The position numbers and the translations under genes are program-made. A stretch of DNA of 64,000 nt from Gemmatimonadaceae bacterium (lineage in GTDB: Bacteria > Gemmatimonadota > Gemmatimonadetes > Gemmatimonadales > Gemmatimonadaceae): the NCBI GenBank assembly GCA_040902005.1, contig JBBDYA010000045.1:1-64000 (forward strand), in the 5' to 3' direction. Under the pieces are notes generated by a model, which was given only the letters and a program-made list of their open reading frames with translations, made no database searches and had not been told where the DNA came from. Below are positions 50,446 through 58,917 of this stretch, piece after piece. Positions within the stretch are counted from its first letter, which is position 1; each line of letters begins with the position of its first letter.

Positions 50446-50770
50446 GCGAGCCATCCTTGCGGCCACGTTGTTGTTCGCCACAGCCTGTGGGCCCCGGCAG
50501 GTGGAAGTCCAATCCGCTCCAACGCAGACCGCGGATGTGGCCATCCACTTCACCAACAATCTGACGCAGGCCGTGAATGTGTACGTCGCCAGCGGCGGCA
50601 GCGACCTGTTCGTCCGGCAGGTGTCCGCCAACACATCGGAACACCTGCCGGTGCAGGGAGTTGCCACCGGAACGAACGTAACGCTCAAGGCGACGACCAT
50701 CGATGGCGCTCGAACCTACTCGCGGACAGGCGTCACGATGAGCGGCACCGTTACCTGGCGCGTTCCGTGA
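50444..50770 (+). CDS. Hypothetical lipoprotein
   Basis: AGGAG RBS; MRAILAATLLFATAC lipobox; beta-rich mature part. Confidence 0.75.
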   Translation: MRAILAATLLFATACGPRQVEVQSAPTQTADVAIHFTNNLTQAVNVYVASGGSDLFVRQVSANTSEHLPVQGVATGTNVTLKATTIDGARTYSRTGVTMSGTVTWRVP

Positions 50771-50779
50771 GCGACTTTG

Positions 50780-50808
50780 TTGCTACAACTCTGTGAGGGA
50801 GATACTTT
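50780..50808 (+). promoter_or_regulatory. Sigma70-type promoter upstream of the pgsA-like/ino1 pair
   Basis: TTGCTA-N17-TACTTT. Confidence 0.6.
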
Positions 50809-50811
50809 TAC

Positions 50812-50851
50812 GGGCCGGAGCGCTGCGAGCGTTGCTCCGGCCCTTTGCTTT
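50812..50851 (+). terminator. Terminator-like hairpin
   Basis: GGGCCGGAGC/GCTCCGGCCC stem followed by TTTGCTTT. Confidence 0.6.
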
Positions 50852-50883
50852 GTAGAGGCCTCCTCGGCCGTCCCCGGAGCTGC

Positions 50884-51600
50884 ATGCAGATCTTGCCGGA
50901 CTGGCTGAAAAATCGATACCTGAGCCTGATGGAACCGATCGCGGACTGGCTCGTGCGCCGCCGCGTTCATCCCAATTCCATTACGGTCGTCGGCACTCTC
51001 TTCATGGTCGCCGGCGGCGTACTCTACGGCACCGGCCACATCATGTCCGGCGGCTGGCTCATCGGCCTGACCGCCCTCACGGACGTGCTGGACGGGATGG
51101 TGGCCCGCCGCGGCAAGACGGAGTCGGTGTTCGGGGCGTTCCTCGACTCATCACTCGATCGCGTCGCGGATGGCGCCGTCCTGGGTGGACTCGCGGTGTT
51201 CTACGCCCTGAGTCCGCAGCATCAGAGCGTTCCAATGGTGGTGGTGTGCCTCGCCGGCATCGTGGGGGCCTTTCTCACCTCATACACTCGGGCGCGCGCA
51301 GAGGCGCTCGGCTTCGACGCGAAAGTGGGGATGCTCCAGCGTCCCGAGCGCGTCGTGCTCCTCTCGGCGCCGCAGGCGCTGTTCGGCCTGACCCTGAACG
51401 GATGGGTACTGGCGATTATCATCAACATCCTCACCGTGACCGCGTGGATTACGGTGGTCCAGCGCGTCAAGTACGTGTACGACCGCACACGACCGTCGCC
51501 GCCGGATCTGGCGGACGAGGCCGAACCAACCAATTACAGACTCTGGGACCGGCCGTCGCGTCGCGACACGACCGCGAGGCCCGCCCTGAAAGGAGAGTGA
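50884..51600 (+). CDS. CDP-alcohol phosphatidyltransferase (PIP synthase-like)
   Basis: PNSIT, DVLDGMVAR...FGAFLDSSLDRVAD, SYTRARAE and RPER. Confidence 0.9.
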   Translation: MQILPDWLKNRYLSLMEPIADWLVRRRVHPNSITVVGTLFMVAGGVLYGTGHIMSGGWLIGLTALTDVLDGMVARRGKTESVFGAFLDSSLDRVADGAVLGGLAVFYALSPQHQSVPMVVVCLAGIVGAFLTSYTRARAEALGFDAKVGMLQRPERVVLLSAPQALFGLTLNGWVLAIIINILTVTAWITVVQRVKYVYDRTRPSPPDLADEAEPTNYRLWDRPSRRDTTARPALKGE

Positions 51601-51605
51601 CCCGA

Positions 51606-52940
51606 GTGCAGGGAACGTCCACCGCCAGCCGTGCGGCTTCCATCCGACCGGCGACCGGCCGCCTCGGCGTGCTTACCCCGGGGCTCGGCGCCGTTGCGAC
51701 GACGTTCATGGCCGGGGCGGAGAGCATCCGCCGCGGCCTGTCAAAGCCCATTGGCTCGCTCACGCAGATGGCGACCATTCGCCTGGGCAAACGCACCGAC
51801 AACCGCGTACCGCTGATCAAGGACTTCGCCCCTCTGGCCACGCTCGGAGACCTCGTGTTCGGCGCCTGGGACCCGATTCCGGATGACGCCTATACCGCGG
51901 CCAAGAAGGCGGGCGTGCTGGAGGACCGCGACCTCGAGCCGATCGCCGATTTCCTGAAGGGCATCAAGCCGATGCCAGCGGTCTTCGAGAACCGGTATGT
52001 GACCCGCATCAACGGCAGCAACGTCAAGACGGGAAAGACCAAGCGCGATCTGGCCGAGCAGCTCCGCGCGGACATGCGGGAGTTCAAGGCGAAGAACAAG
52101 TGTGACCGGCTGGTCATCGTCTGGTGTGCGTCCACGGAGATCTTCATTGCGCCGGGGCCACAACATCAGACCATCGCGGCCTTCGAGAAGGCCATGGAGG
52201 CCAACGACGAGGCGATCGCGCCGTCGATGCTCTATGCCTGGGCCGCCATCATGGAGGGCATCCCATACTGCAATGGCGCCCCCAATCTTGCCGTGGACAC
52301 CCTCGCGCTGCAGCAACTCGCGCTGGACAAAGGGGTGCCGATTTCGGGCAAGGATTTCAAGACCGGCCAGACCTGGATGAAGACCGTCATCGCGCCCGGA
52401 CTCAAGGCGCGCATGCTGGGGCTCGAAGGATGGTATTCGACGAACATTCTGGGGAACCGGGATGGCGAGGTGCTGGATGACCCTGCCTCCTTCAAGACCA
52501 AGGAAGAATCCAAGCTGAGCGTCCTCCACACGATTCTTCAGCCGGAGTTGTATCCGGACCTCTACGAAGGGTTCTCCCACGTTGTGCGCATCAATTACTA
52601 CCCGCCGCGCGGCGACAACAAGGAAGGCTGGGACAACATCGACATCGTCGGCTGGATGGGGTATCCCATGCAGATCAAGGTGAACTTTCTTTGTCGCGAC
52701 TCCATTCTGGCGGCGCCCATCGTGCTCGATCTCGCGCTGTTCAGCGATTTCGCGCATCGCGCCGGCATGAAGGGGATCCAGGAATGGTTAAGCTTCTATT
52801 ACAAATCGCCCATGGCCGCTGCCGGGCTCCAGCCCGAGCATGATCTTTTCATCCAGCAGACGAAGCTGAAGAACACGCTCCGGCACCTCATGGGCGAGGA
52901 TCAGATCACGCATCTGGGGCTGGAGTATTACCAATCGTAG
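51606..52940 (+). CDS. ino1: Inositol-3-phosphate synthase
   Basis: GLGAVAT, GKDFKTGQT, NILGNRDG, GDNKE and DSILAAP. Confidence 0.93.
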   Translation: MQGTSTASRAASIRPATGRLGVLTPGLGAVATTFMAGAESIRRGLSKPIGSLTQMATIRLGKRTDNRVPLIKDFAPLATLGDLVFGAWDPIPDDAYTAAKKAGVLEDRDLEPIADFLKGIKPMPAVFENRYVTRINGSNVKTGKTKRDLAEQLRADMREFKAKNKCDRLVIVWCASTEIFIAPGPQHQTIAAFEKAMEANDEAIAPSMLYAWAAIMEGIPYCNGAPNLAVDTLALQQLALDKGVPISGKDFKTGQTWMKTVIAPGLKARMLGLEGWYSTNILGNRDGEVLDDPASFKTKEESKLSVLHTILQPELYPDLYEGFSHVVRINYYPPRGDNKEGWDNIDIVGWMGYPMQIKVNFLCRDSILAAPIVLDLALFSDFAHRAGMKGIQEWLSFYYKSPMAAAGLQPEHDLFIQQTKLKNTLRHLMGEDQITHLGLEYYQS

Positions 52941-53013
52941 CGGACCCGCGAACGGCAATTCCCCCCGGGATGGTCGGCAGGCGACGTTCAGCGTGGTTCC
53001 GGGAGCGGACACA

Positions 53014-53433
53014 GTGCGCAGACTGACGTTGATCGCCGTTGCCCTCGTGGCGACCGCGTGCGGACCACGTGAGCCGCGGCAGCGCGACATGCGAATGATG
53101 AGCGAGCGGTATCTGTTTTCCGTCATGCCGCACCAATCGCCGCCGCATGCCCGCGAGGCCATCCTCTACAAGGTCGTCGTTCGGGACCGCGAGAGTCGCC
53201 AGCCCATCGAGGCGGGTGAGGGGCAGATCTATGCAAACAACGAGGACGGGGCGAGCACCTGGGACGGGTTTGCCAAAGGTGCCGAGGTGGGCACGTACTA
53301 CGGCAAACTGAACTTCGTGACCTCCGGTGTCTGGGCGGTGGCCATCCGGTTCCGCCGGGATTCACTCCACCCGCTCGAGACGATCGACTGGATGCAGGAC
53401 GTACTCAATGAACGCGAGGGCCCGATTCCCTGA
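53014..53433 (+). CDS. Hypothetical lipoprotein (possibly YtkA/FixH-like fold)
   Basis: LVATAC lipobox; GTYYGKLNF..SGVWAV pattern. Confidence 0.65.
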   Translation: MRRLTLIAVALVATACGPREPRQRDMRMMSERYLFSVMPHQSPPHAREAILYKVVVRDRESRQPIEAGEGQIYANNEDGASTWDGFAKGAEVGTYYGKLNFVTSGVWAVAIRFRRDSLHPLETIDWMQDVLNEREGPIP

Positions 53434-53726
53434 TGCGACACTTCTTTCGTTCCCACCTTCCGCCGCAGGACGTGCTGGGGCACGCCGATGCGTTCTTCCC
53501 GCGGATCAGTCTCGTTCCGCTGGCGACCGCCGCGCGGGCGCGCACCTTTTCCGGTCCGCTTGGGGTCCTGAAACTCACGGTCAAGGCGGAAGGCGGCCAC
53601 TACACGTTCGTCGAGGCGCACACCGATCAGATGGGAGAGAGCCGGCTTGACCGGAACGTGAAGCGCTTTTTCGTGGCGCTGCATCGCACGGAGGATCCGC
53701 GGCACGCGCCCGAGGCCGCATACTGA
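53433..53726 (+). CDS. Hypothetical protein
   Basis: ATG overlaps upstream stop; globular-looking composition. Confidence 0.65.
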   Translation: MRHFFRSHLPPQDVLGHADAFFPRISLVPLATAARARTFSGPLGVLKLTVKAEGGHYTFVEAHTDQMGESRLDRNVKRFFVALHRTEDPRHAPEAAY

Positions 53727-53754
53727 TGGCCCGTTTCGCGATGCGCACGGCCGC

Positions 53755-54045
53755 ATGACGACCGGTCCGCGGGAACCGCTCGCACCGCCGGAGACCATTT
53801 GGCCATATATTGGGGTCGGCTGTCTCACTACGGTCGTCGGATTCTTCGGCGGCGGCATGATTGCCGTCCTGGTGGGGAAAGTCGTTGATGGCATCACGGG
53901 ATGCCGCCCCGCCGACGGGCTCCCGGCCTGTCTGTGGTGGCGCTATGTGTTGATCGGCGGACTCATCGGAGGCATCGGGCTTCCCGTCATGGCGCTTGTC
54001 CGCATGCGGCGTGGTCGGCGGGCACCAACGGATGCAACCAGGTAA
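53755..54045 (+). CDS. Hypothetical two-TM protein
   Basis: Two Gly-rich hydrophobic helices with a C-x7-C loop. Confidence 0.65.
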   Translation: MTTGPREPLAPPETIWPYIGVGCLTTVVGFFGGGMIAVLVGKVVDGITGCRPADGLPACLWWRYVLIGGLIGGIGLPVMALVRMRRGRRAPTDATR

Positions 54046-54054
54046 GGAGGGGCG

Positions 54055-55386
54055 GTGGCACGCGTAGACGTGGTCATGCCGCAGATGGGCGAGTCCATCG
54101 CGGAGGGGACCCTTTCGAAGTGGCTCAAGAAGGTCGGCGATCCCGTCAAGCGGGACGAGCCGATCTTCGAGATTTCCACCGACAAGGTGGACGCCGAGAT
54201 CCCGGCGCCCACGAGCGGAACGCTGGCCGAGATCATCGTGACCGAGGGTCAGACGGTCCCGGTCTCGACGGTGGTTGCCCGGCTGGAAACGGAAGTCGGT
54301 GCGGCTGTGGCAGCTCCGGCTGCGCCCGTCGCCGCACCCGTCGGTACTCCCGCCGCCGCTCCCGTGTCGGCCGCCGTCCCGAAGCAGCCAGCGAGCGCGG
54401 CCCGGCCTCAGGGCTCGGACCCAGGGGCTCTCCGCGGCAATGGCAACTCCCTGGAAGACCGTCTGCGCACGAAGTCGTCTCCGCTCGTGCGGAAAATTGC
54501 CGCCGAACACGGCATCGAGATCGCTTCGCTTCAGGGAAGCGGCCTTGCCGGCCGCGTGACCAAGCGGGACATCATGCAGGTTCTCGAATCGGGCGCTGAC
54601 GCCCGTGGGACGCGACCGTCCATGCATGCGCCGTCGGGCGCGGACACGCACGCGCCGAACGTGGCGCCCTGGCCCGGTGATGTCGTCGAGAACATGTCCA
54701 AGATCCGTCGGCTCACCAGCGATCACATGGTGGTGGCCCGGCGGCATGCGGCGCACGTCACGTCCTTCTTCGAGATCGACCTGACGCGGATCGCGCGCCT
54801 GCGGCAGAAGATGCGCGCGGAGTTCGCGCAGCAGACCGGGCAGAAGCTCACCTATCTGCCCTTCATCATTCGGGTGGTCGTGGACGCGCTGAAGCAGCAT
54901 CCCGTGTTGAATGCGGCGCACACGGGGGGGGGGTCGCAGATCATCTACCGCAAGCAGTACAACGTCGGCATTGCCGTGGCGCTCGACTGGGGGCTCATCG
55001 TCCCGGTCATCCACCGCGCGGATGACCTGTCGCTATCGGGTTTGACGCGATCGGTGAACGACCTCGCGGATCGGGCACGCGCCAAGCGGCTGAAGCCCGA
55101 AGAGGTGCAGGGTGCCACCTTCACCATCACGAATCCGGGTGTCTTCGGGTCGGTGATGGGGACGCCGATCATTCCCGCGGGGACGTCAGCCATCCTGGGG
55201 CTGGGCGCGATCGAGAAGCGTCCCAAGGTGATGACAGGACCCGATGGAGACGACGTGATCGCCATTCGCACCTGTGCCTATTTTTCCCTGTCATTCGACC
55301 ATCGCATCGTGGACGGCTCCGATGCGGACAAGTTCCTTGCGACGGTCAAGCAGGGACTCGAGAACTACACGGAACCGGCGGTCTGA
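54055..55386 (+). CDS. 2-oxoacid dehydrogenase E2 dihydrolipoamide acyltransferase
   Basis: Lipoyl domain STDKVD; SPLVRK/GSGLAGRVTK binding domain; FDHRIVDG; AAGGAGG RBS. Confidence 0.93.
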   Translation: MARVDVVMPQMGESIAEGTLSKWLKKVGDPVKRDEPIFEISTDKVDAEIPAPTSGTLAEIIVTEGQTVPVSTVVARLETEVGAAVAAPAAPVAAPVGTPAAAPVSAAVPKQPASAARPQGSDPGALRGNGNSLEDRLRTKSSPLVRKIAAEHGIEIASLQGSGLAGRVTKRDIMQVLESGADARGTRPSMHAPSGADTHAPNVAPWPGDVVENMSKIRRLTSDHMVVARRHAAHVTSFFEIDLTRIARLRQKMRAEFAQQTGQKLTYLPFIIRVVVDALKQHPVLNAAHTGGGSQIIYRKQYNVGIAVALDWGLIVPVIHRADDLSLSGLTRSVNDLADRARAKRLKPEEVQGATFTITNPGVFGSVMGTPIIPAGTSAILGLGAIEKRPKVMTGPDGDDVIAIRTCAYFSLSFDHRIVDGSDADKFLATVKQGLENYTEPAV

Positions 55387-55388
55387 AC

Positions 55389-55655
55389 ATGCCTGCGAGA
55401 TCATTGGAAGTTGGCGGCCGAACCTGGCGCGTGTTTCCATCCGGCCAGGTGACGCAATACGACCGCGACGAGTTCGCGCTGCTGTTCGTGACGGACGCCA
55501 ACGAGGCGCGCGAGGTCCGGGTCACCCGCTATTCGCCAGTCGGCACGCGGTCGCGCGAGCAATCGCTCGCGGAACTGACGGATGGGGATCTGGCGCGGCT
55601 GTTCAAGGAATCGCAGCCAGGGGCGACGTCACCCGAAGCGAACTATACGTCGTGA
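55389..55655 (+). CDS. Hypothetical protein
   Basis: Tight operon spacing with both neighbours. Confidence 0.65.
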   Translation: MPARSLEVGGRTWRVFPSGQVTQYDRDEFALLFVTDANEAREVRVTRYSPVGTRSREQSLAELTDGDLARLFKESQPGATSPEANYTS

Positions 55656-56518
55656 GTGACGCCTCGCTCGGGGGACCACTCCCCGAGTTCATCGACCTGC
55701 ACACGCACTCCACGGCATCGGACGGAGCGCGCAAGCCGGCGGACGTCGTCCGCGCGGCGCGCGCGGCCGGACTTGCCGCGCTTGCGCTCACGGACCACGA
55801 CACGCTCTCGGGCATCCCCGAAGCCACTGCGATGGGCGCGGAGCTGGGGATTCGGATCATTCCCGGCATCGAGTTGAGCGCGGTCGACGGCGACGTGGAG
55901 ACGCACGTCCTCGGGCTGCACCTCTCGCACGCACAGGAGATGGAGCATCGCCTGGTGGAGATCCGCGAGATGCGGGTATCGCGCGCGTCGCGCATGGTCG
56001 AGCGCCTGAACGCGCTGGGCATACCGGTCGCGTTCGATGCGGTGCTCGCGGAGGCCGCCGGGGGCGCGGTGGGGCGCCCGCATGTGGCGCGAGCGATCAT
56101 CGCGGGCGGATGGTGTCGCGACTTCCGGGAAGCATTCGAGCGGTATCTCGGGAACGGCAAGCTGGCGTTCGTTGCCAAGGACAGCCTGCCGCTTGCGGAC
56201 GCCATCGCACTGATCCATCGGGCTGGCGGCATCGCGGTGCTCGCGCATCCCGGCGGGAGCGCCCCGCGTGAGCGCGTTGCGTTGCTCGTGGGGCAGGGCC
56301 TGGACGGGCTTGAGGTGCTCCATCCCGGACATTCGTGGGACGAGTCACAGCGGCTCGACGCCCTGGTGTCCGAGTTCGACCTGGTTCGCAGTGGCGGTTC
56401 CGACTGGCACGGCGCCACGGACGGGTCCCGGTCACTCGGGATGATGCGCGTGCCCCATCAATGGCTGCGGGCACAGGAGGCGCGCGCGGCTACGATCGGT
56501 TCGCGCCGCGTCGCCTGA
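55652..56518 (+). CDS. PHP-domain phosphoesterase (TrpH/YciV-like)
   Basis: DLHTHSTASDG, LTDHDT, GRPH, LAHP and GGSDWHG. Confidence 0.9.
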   Translation: MSDASLGGPLPEFIDLHTHSTASDGARKPADVVRAARAAGLAALALTDHDTLSGIPEATAMGAELGIRIIPGIELSAVDGDVETHVLGLHLSHAQEMEHRLVEIREMRVSRASRMVERLNALGIPVAFDAVLAEAAGGAVGRPHVARAIIAGGWCRDFREAFERYLGNGKLAFVAKDSLPLADAIALIHRAGGIAVLAHPGGSAPRERVALLVGQGLDGLEVLHPGHSWDESQRLDALVSEFDLVRSGGSDWHGATDGSRSLGMMRVPHQWLRAQEARAATIGSRRVA

Positions 56519-56523
56519 GGGGT

Positions 56524-57255
56524 ATGGAACTCCGCGACAGGATAGCACTGGTAACGGGGGCCGGCCGTCGGGTGGGCCGCGCGCTTGCGCTGGCCCTTGC
56601 GTCGCGCGGATGCCGAGTCGCCGTCCACTACAACGCGAGCGAACGCGGCGCGCGGGACGTGCTCGCCGAGATCGAGGCGCGCGGCGGCAATGGCGCGATC
56701 TTCGGCGCGGATCTGTCCACGCCGGACGCACCGGCGGCGTTGATCGACCGTGTGGCCGCGGCCTTCGGCGCGCTGGACGTGCTGGTCAACTCCGCGGCGA
56801 TCATGGAACGCACGCCCTTCGGCGAGGTGACGGCCGCAACCTGGGACCGCATCCTCGCGATCAACCTGCGCGCGCCATTTCTCCTGGCACAGGCCGCGTC
56901 GCCCCACCTGCGCGCGTCGCGAGGCGCGATCATCAACATTGCCGACCTGGGCGCGTACGAAACCTGGCCGGGATATCTGCCGCATGGCATCTCCAAGTCC
57001 GGGGTCGTGCACATGACCAGGGGCCTGGCGCGCGTGCTCGCTCCCGAGGTCCGGGTGAATGCGATTGCGCCAGGTACCGTCCTGCTGCCGGATGACTGGG
57101 GCACCGCGGACGAGGAGCGCCTGAATCGCACCACGCCGTTGGCGCGCCAGGGCACTCCGGACGACGTGGCGTCCGCGATGGTCTTCCTGCTGGAGGCCGA
57201 CTACGTCACCGGTGAAACCATCATCGTGGACGGCGGCCGTCATATCCGACGATAG
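56524..57255 (+). CDS. SDR oxidoreductase, pteridine reductase-like
   Basis: TGAGRRVG, VHYN, RVNAIAPG and VDGG; catalytic YxxxK reads HGISK. Confidence 0.8.
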   Translation: MELRDRIALVTGAGRRVGRALALALASRGCRVAVHYNASERGARDVLAEIEARGGNGAIFGADLSTPDAPAALIDRVAAAFGALDVLVNSAAIMERTPFGEVTAATWDRILAINLRAPFLLAQAASPHLRASRGAIINIADLGAYETWPGYLPHGISKSGVVHMTRGLARVLAPEVRVNAIAPGTVLLPDDWGTADEERLNRTTPLARQGTPDDVASAMVFLLEADYVTGETIIVDGGRHIRR

Positions 57256-57267
57256 ATTACAGGGGTC

Positions 57268-58257
57268 ATGGCAACCACGTACGAACACGACGTCGTTATC
57301 ATCGGCGCGGGCCCCGCGGGGATGTGCGCCGCGATGTATGCGGGCCGCGCGATGCTGAACGCGGTCGTGCTGGAGCGGGGATTTCCCGGGGGAGAGCTGC
57401 TCAACACGGAAATGGTCGAGGACTATCCCGGCTTCGAGCGCATTCTCGGCGCCGAGCTGGCGCAGAAATTCCACGACCACGCCGCGAAGTTTGGCGCGTC
57501 CTTCAAGACCGGCGTCACGGTCACCACGCTGCGCAAGCGCGAGGACGGCCTGTTCGAGAGCGTGACCGACAGTGGCGATGTGTACGTTTCGCCCACGGCC
57601 ATCATCACCGCGGGGGGGACGCCGGTCAAGCTCGGGGTGCCGGGTGAACTCGAGTATGCGGGGAAGGGCGTGTCGTACTGCGCCATTTGCGATGGCGCGT
57701 TCTTCCGGCAGCAGACCATCGCCGTCGTCGGCGGCGGTGACGCCGCGGTCGAGGAGGCCGACTTCCTCACGCGCTACGCCGAGAAGGTGTACCTCATTCA
57801 CCGCCGCGGGGAACTGCGCGCGTCCAAGATTCTCCAGAAGCGCCTGTTCGAGAATCCGAAGGTCGAACCGATCTGGGACACCGTCGTGGAGCGCGTGGAC
57901 GGCGATACCCAGGGACTCGTCAACACCCTGAGGATCCGCAACGTCGCGACCGGTGATGCCCGCGACCTGGCCGCGACGGGCATGTTCGTGTTCATCGGGT
58001 TTCGCCCGAACAGCGGCATCATCGAAGGGCATGTCGCGCACGACGAGATGGGATACCTCGTCACGGACGCGAACATGCAGACGACGATCCCGGGACTCTT
58101 CGCCGCCGGCGACCTGCGCGCGCAGTTGACGCGTCAGGTCACGACGGCGGTTGGCGATGCGACCACGGCTGCCATCGCCGTCGAGAAGTATCTGAAGGCC
58201 CTGAAGGATGGCGACCGCGAGCCCGTGATCCAGGGCGCTGGAGGCTACACGTCGTGA
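57268..58257 (+). CDS. trxB: Thioredoxin-disulfide reductase
   Basis: GAGPAG, SYCAICDG, GGGDAA, HRR and FAAGD. Confidence 0.95.
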   Translation: MATTYEHDVVIIGAGPAGMCAAMYAGRAMLNAVVLERGFPGGELLNTEMVEDYPGFERILGAELAQKFHDHAAKFGASFKTGVTVTTLRKREDGLFESVTDSGDVYVSPTAIITAGGTPVKLGVPGELEYAGKGVSYCAICDGAFFRQQTIAVVGGGDAAVEEADFLTRYAEKVYLIHRRGELRASKILQKRLFENPKVEPIWDTVVERVDGDTQGLVNTLRIRNVATGDARDLAATGMFVFIGFRPNSGIIEGHVAHDEMGYLVTDANMQTTIPGLFAAGDLRAQLTRQVTTAVGDATTAAIAVEKYLKALKDGDREPVIQGAGGYTS

Positions 58258-58895
58258 GCGTCACGTGGGTCACCGTGGGACCGTTTCAGGAGAATTGTTA
58301 TCTCGTGTCCGATCCGGCGGCGCATCGCGGGGTGCTCGTGGATCCGGGCGACGAACCGGCGCGCATCATGGCCATGGTGGCTGACGCCGGCGTGACCATC
58401 GACGCCATCTGGCTCACGCACGCGCATCTGGATCATGTGGGCGCGATCGCGCCGCTGCGCCGGCAGTGGGGGGGGAACGTGCCCGTGTTGCTGCATGCCG
58501 CCGATCTGGTGCTGTACCGCCGCGCCGCGCAGCAGGCCGCCCAGTACGGACTCTCGCTCCAGCAGCCGGGCGACCCCGATGGCGAGTTGTCGGACGGCGA
58601 CGCGGTGACGGTGGGCGGCCTGCGCTTCACCGTGAAGCACACGCCCGGGCACGCGCCCGGGCATGTGGTGTTTCTTGGTGACGACGTGCTGCTCGGTGGG
58701 GATCTGCTGTTTGCGGGATCCATCGGTCGCACCGACCTGCCGCTGTCGGATCCACGCGCCATGGAAGCGTCGCTCGCGCTCGTCGCGACGTTCGCGCCCG
58801 ACATCGTCGTGTATCCCGGTCACGGGCCGCCGACCACGATCGGCGCCGAACTGGCGGGCAATCCCTTTTTGCATCAACTACATCACGCGCGATAA
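58254..58895 (+). CDS. MBL-fold metallohydrolase (glyoxalase II-like)
   Basis: THAHLDH, PGH, GDLLF..SIGRTD and PGHG. Confidence 0.9.
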   Translation: MSVTWVTVGPFQENCYLVSDPAAHRGVLVDPGDEPARIMAMVADAGVTIDAIWLTHAHLDHVGAIAPLRRQWGGNVPVLLHAADLVLYRRAAQQAAQYGLSLQQPGDPDGELSDGDAVTVGGLRFTVKHTPGHAPGHVVFLGDDVLLGGDLLFAGSIGRTDLPLSDPRAMEASLALVATFAPDIVVYPGHGPPTTIGAELAGNPFLHQLHHAR

Positions 58896-58917
58896 CCGCC
58901 GCGCGGAGGACACGCAC

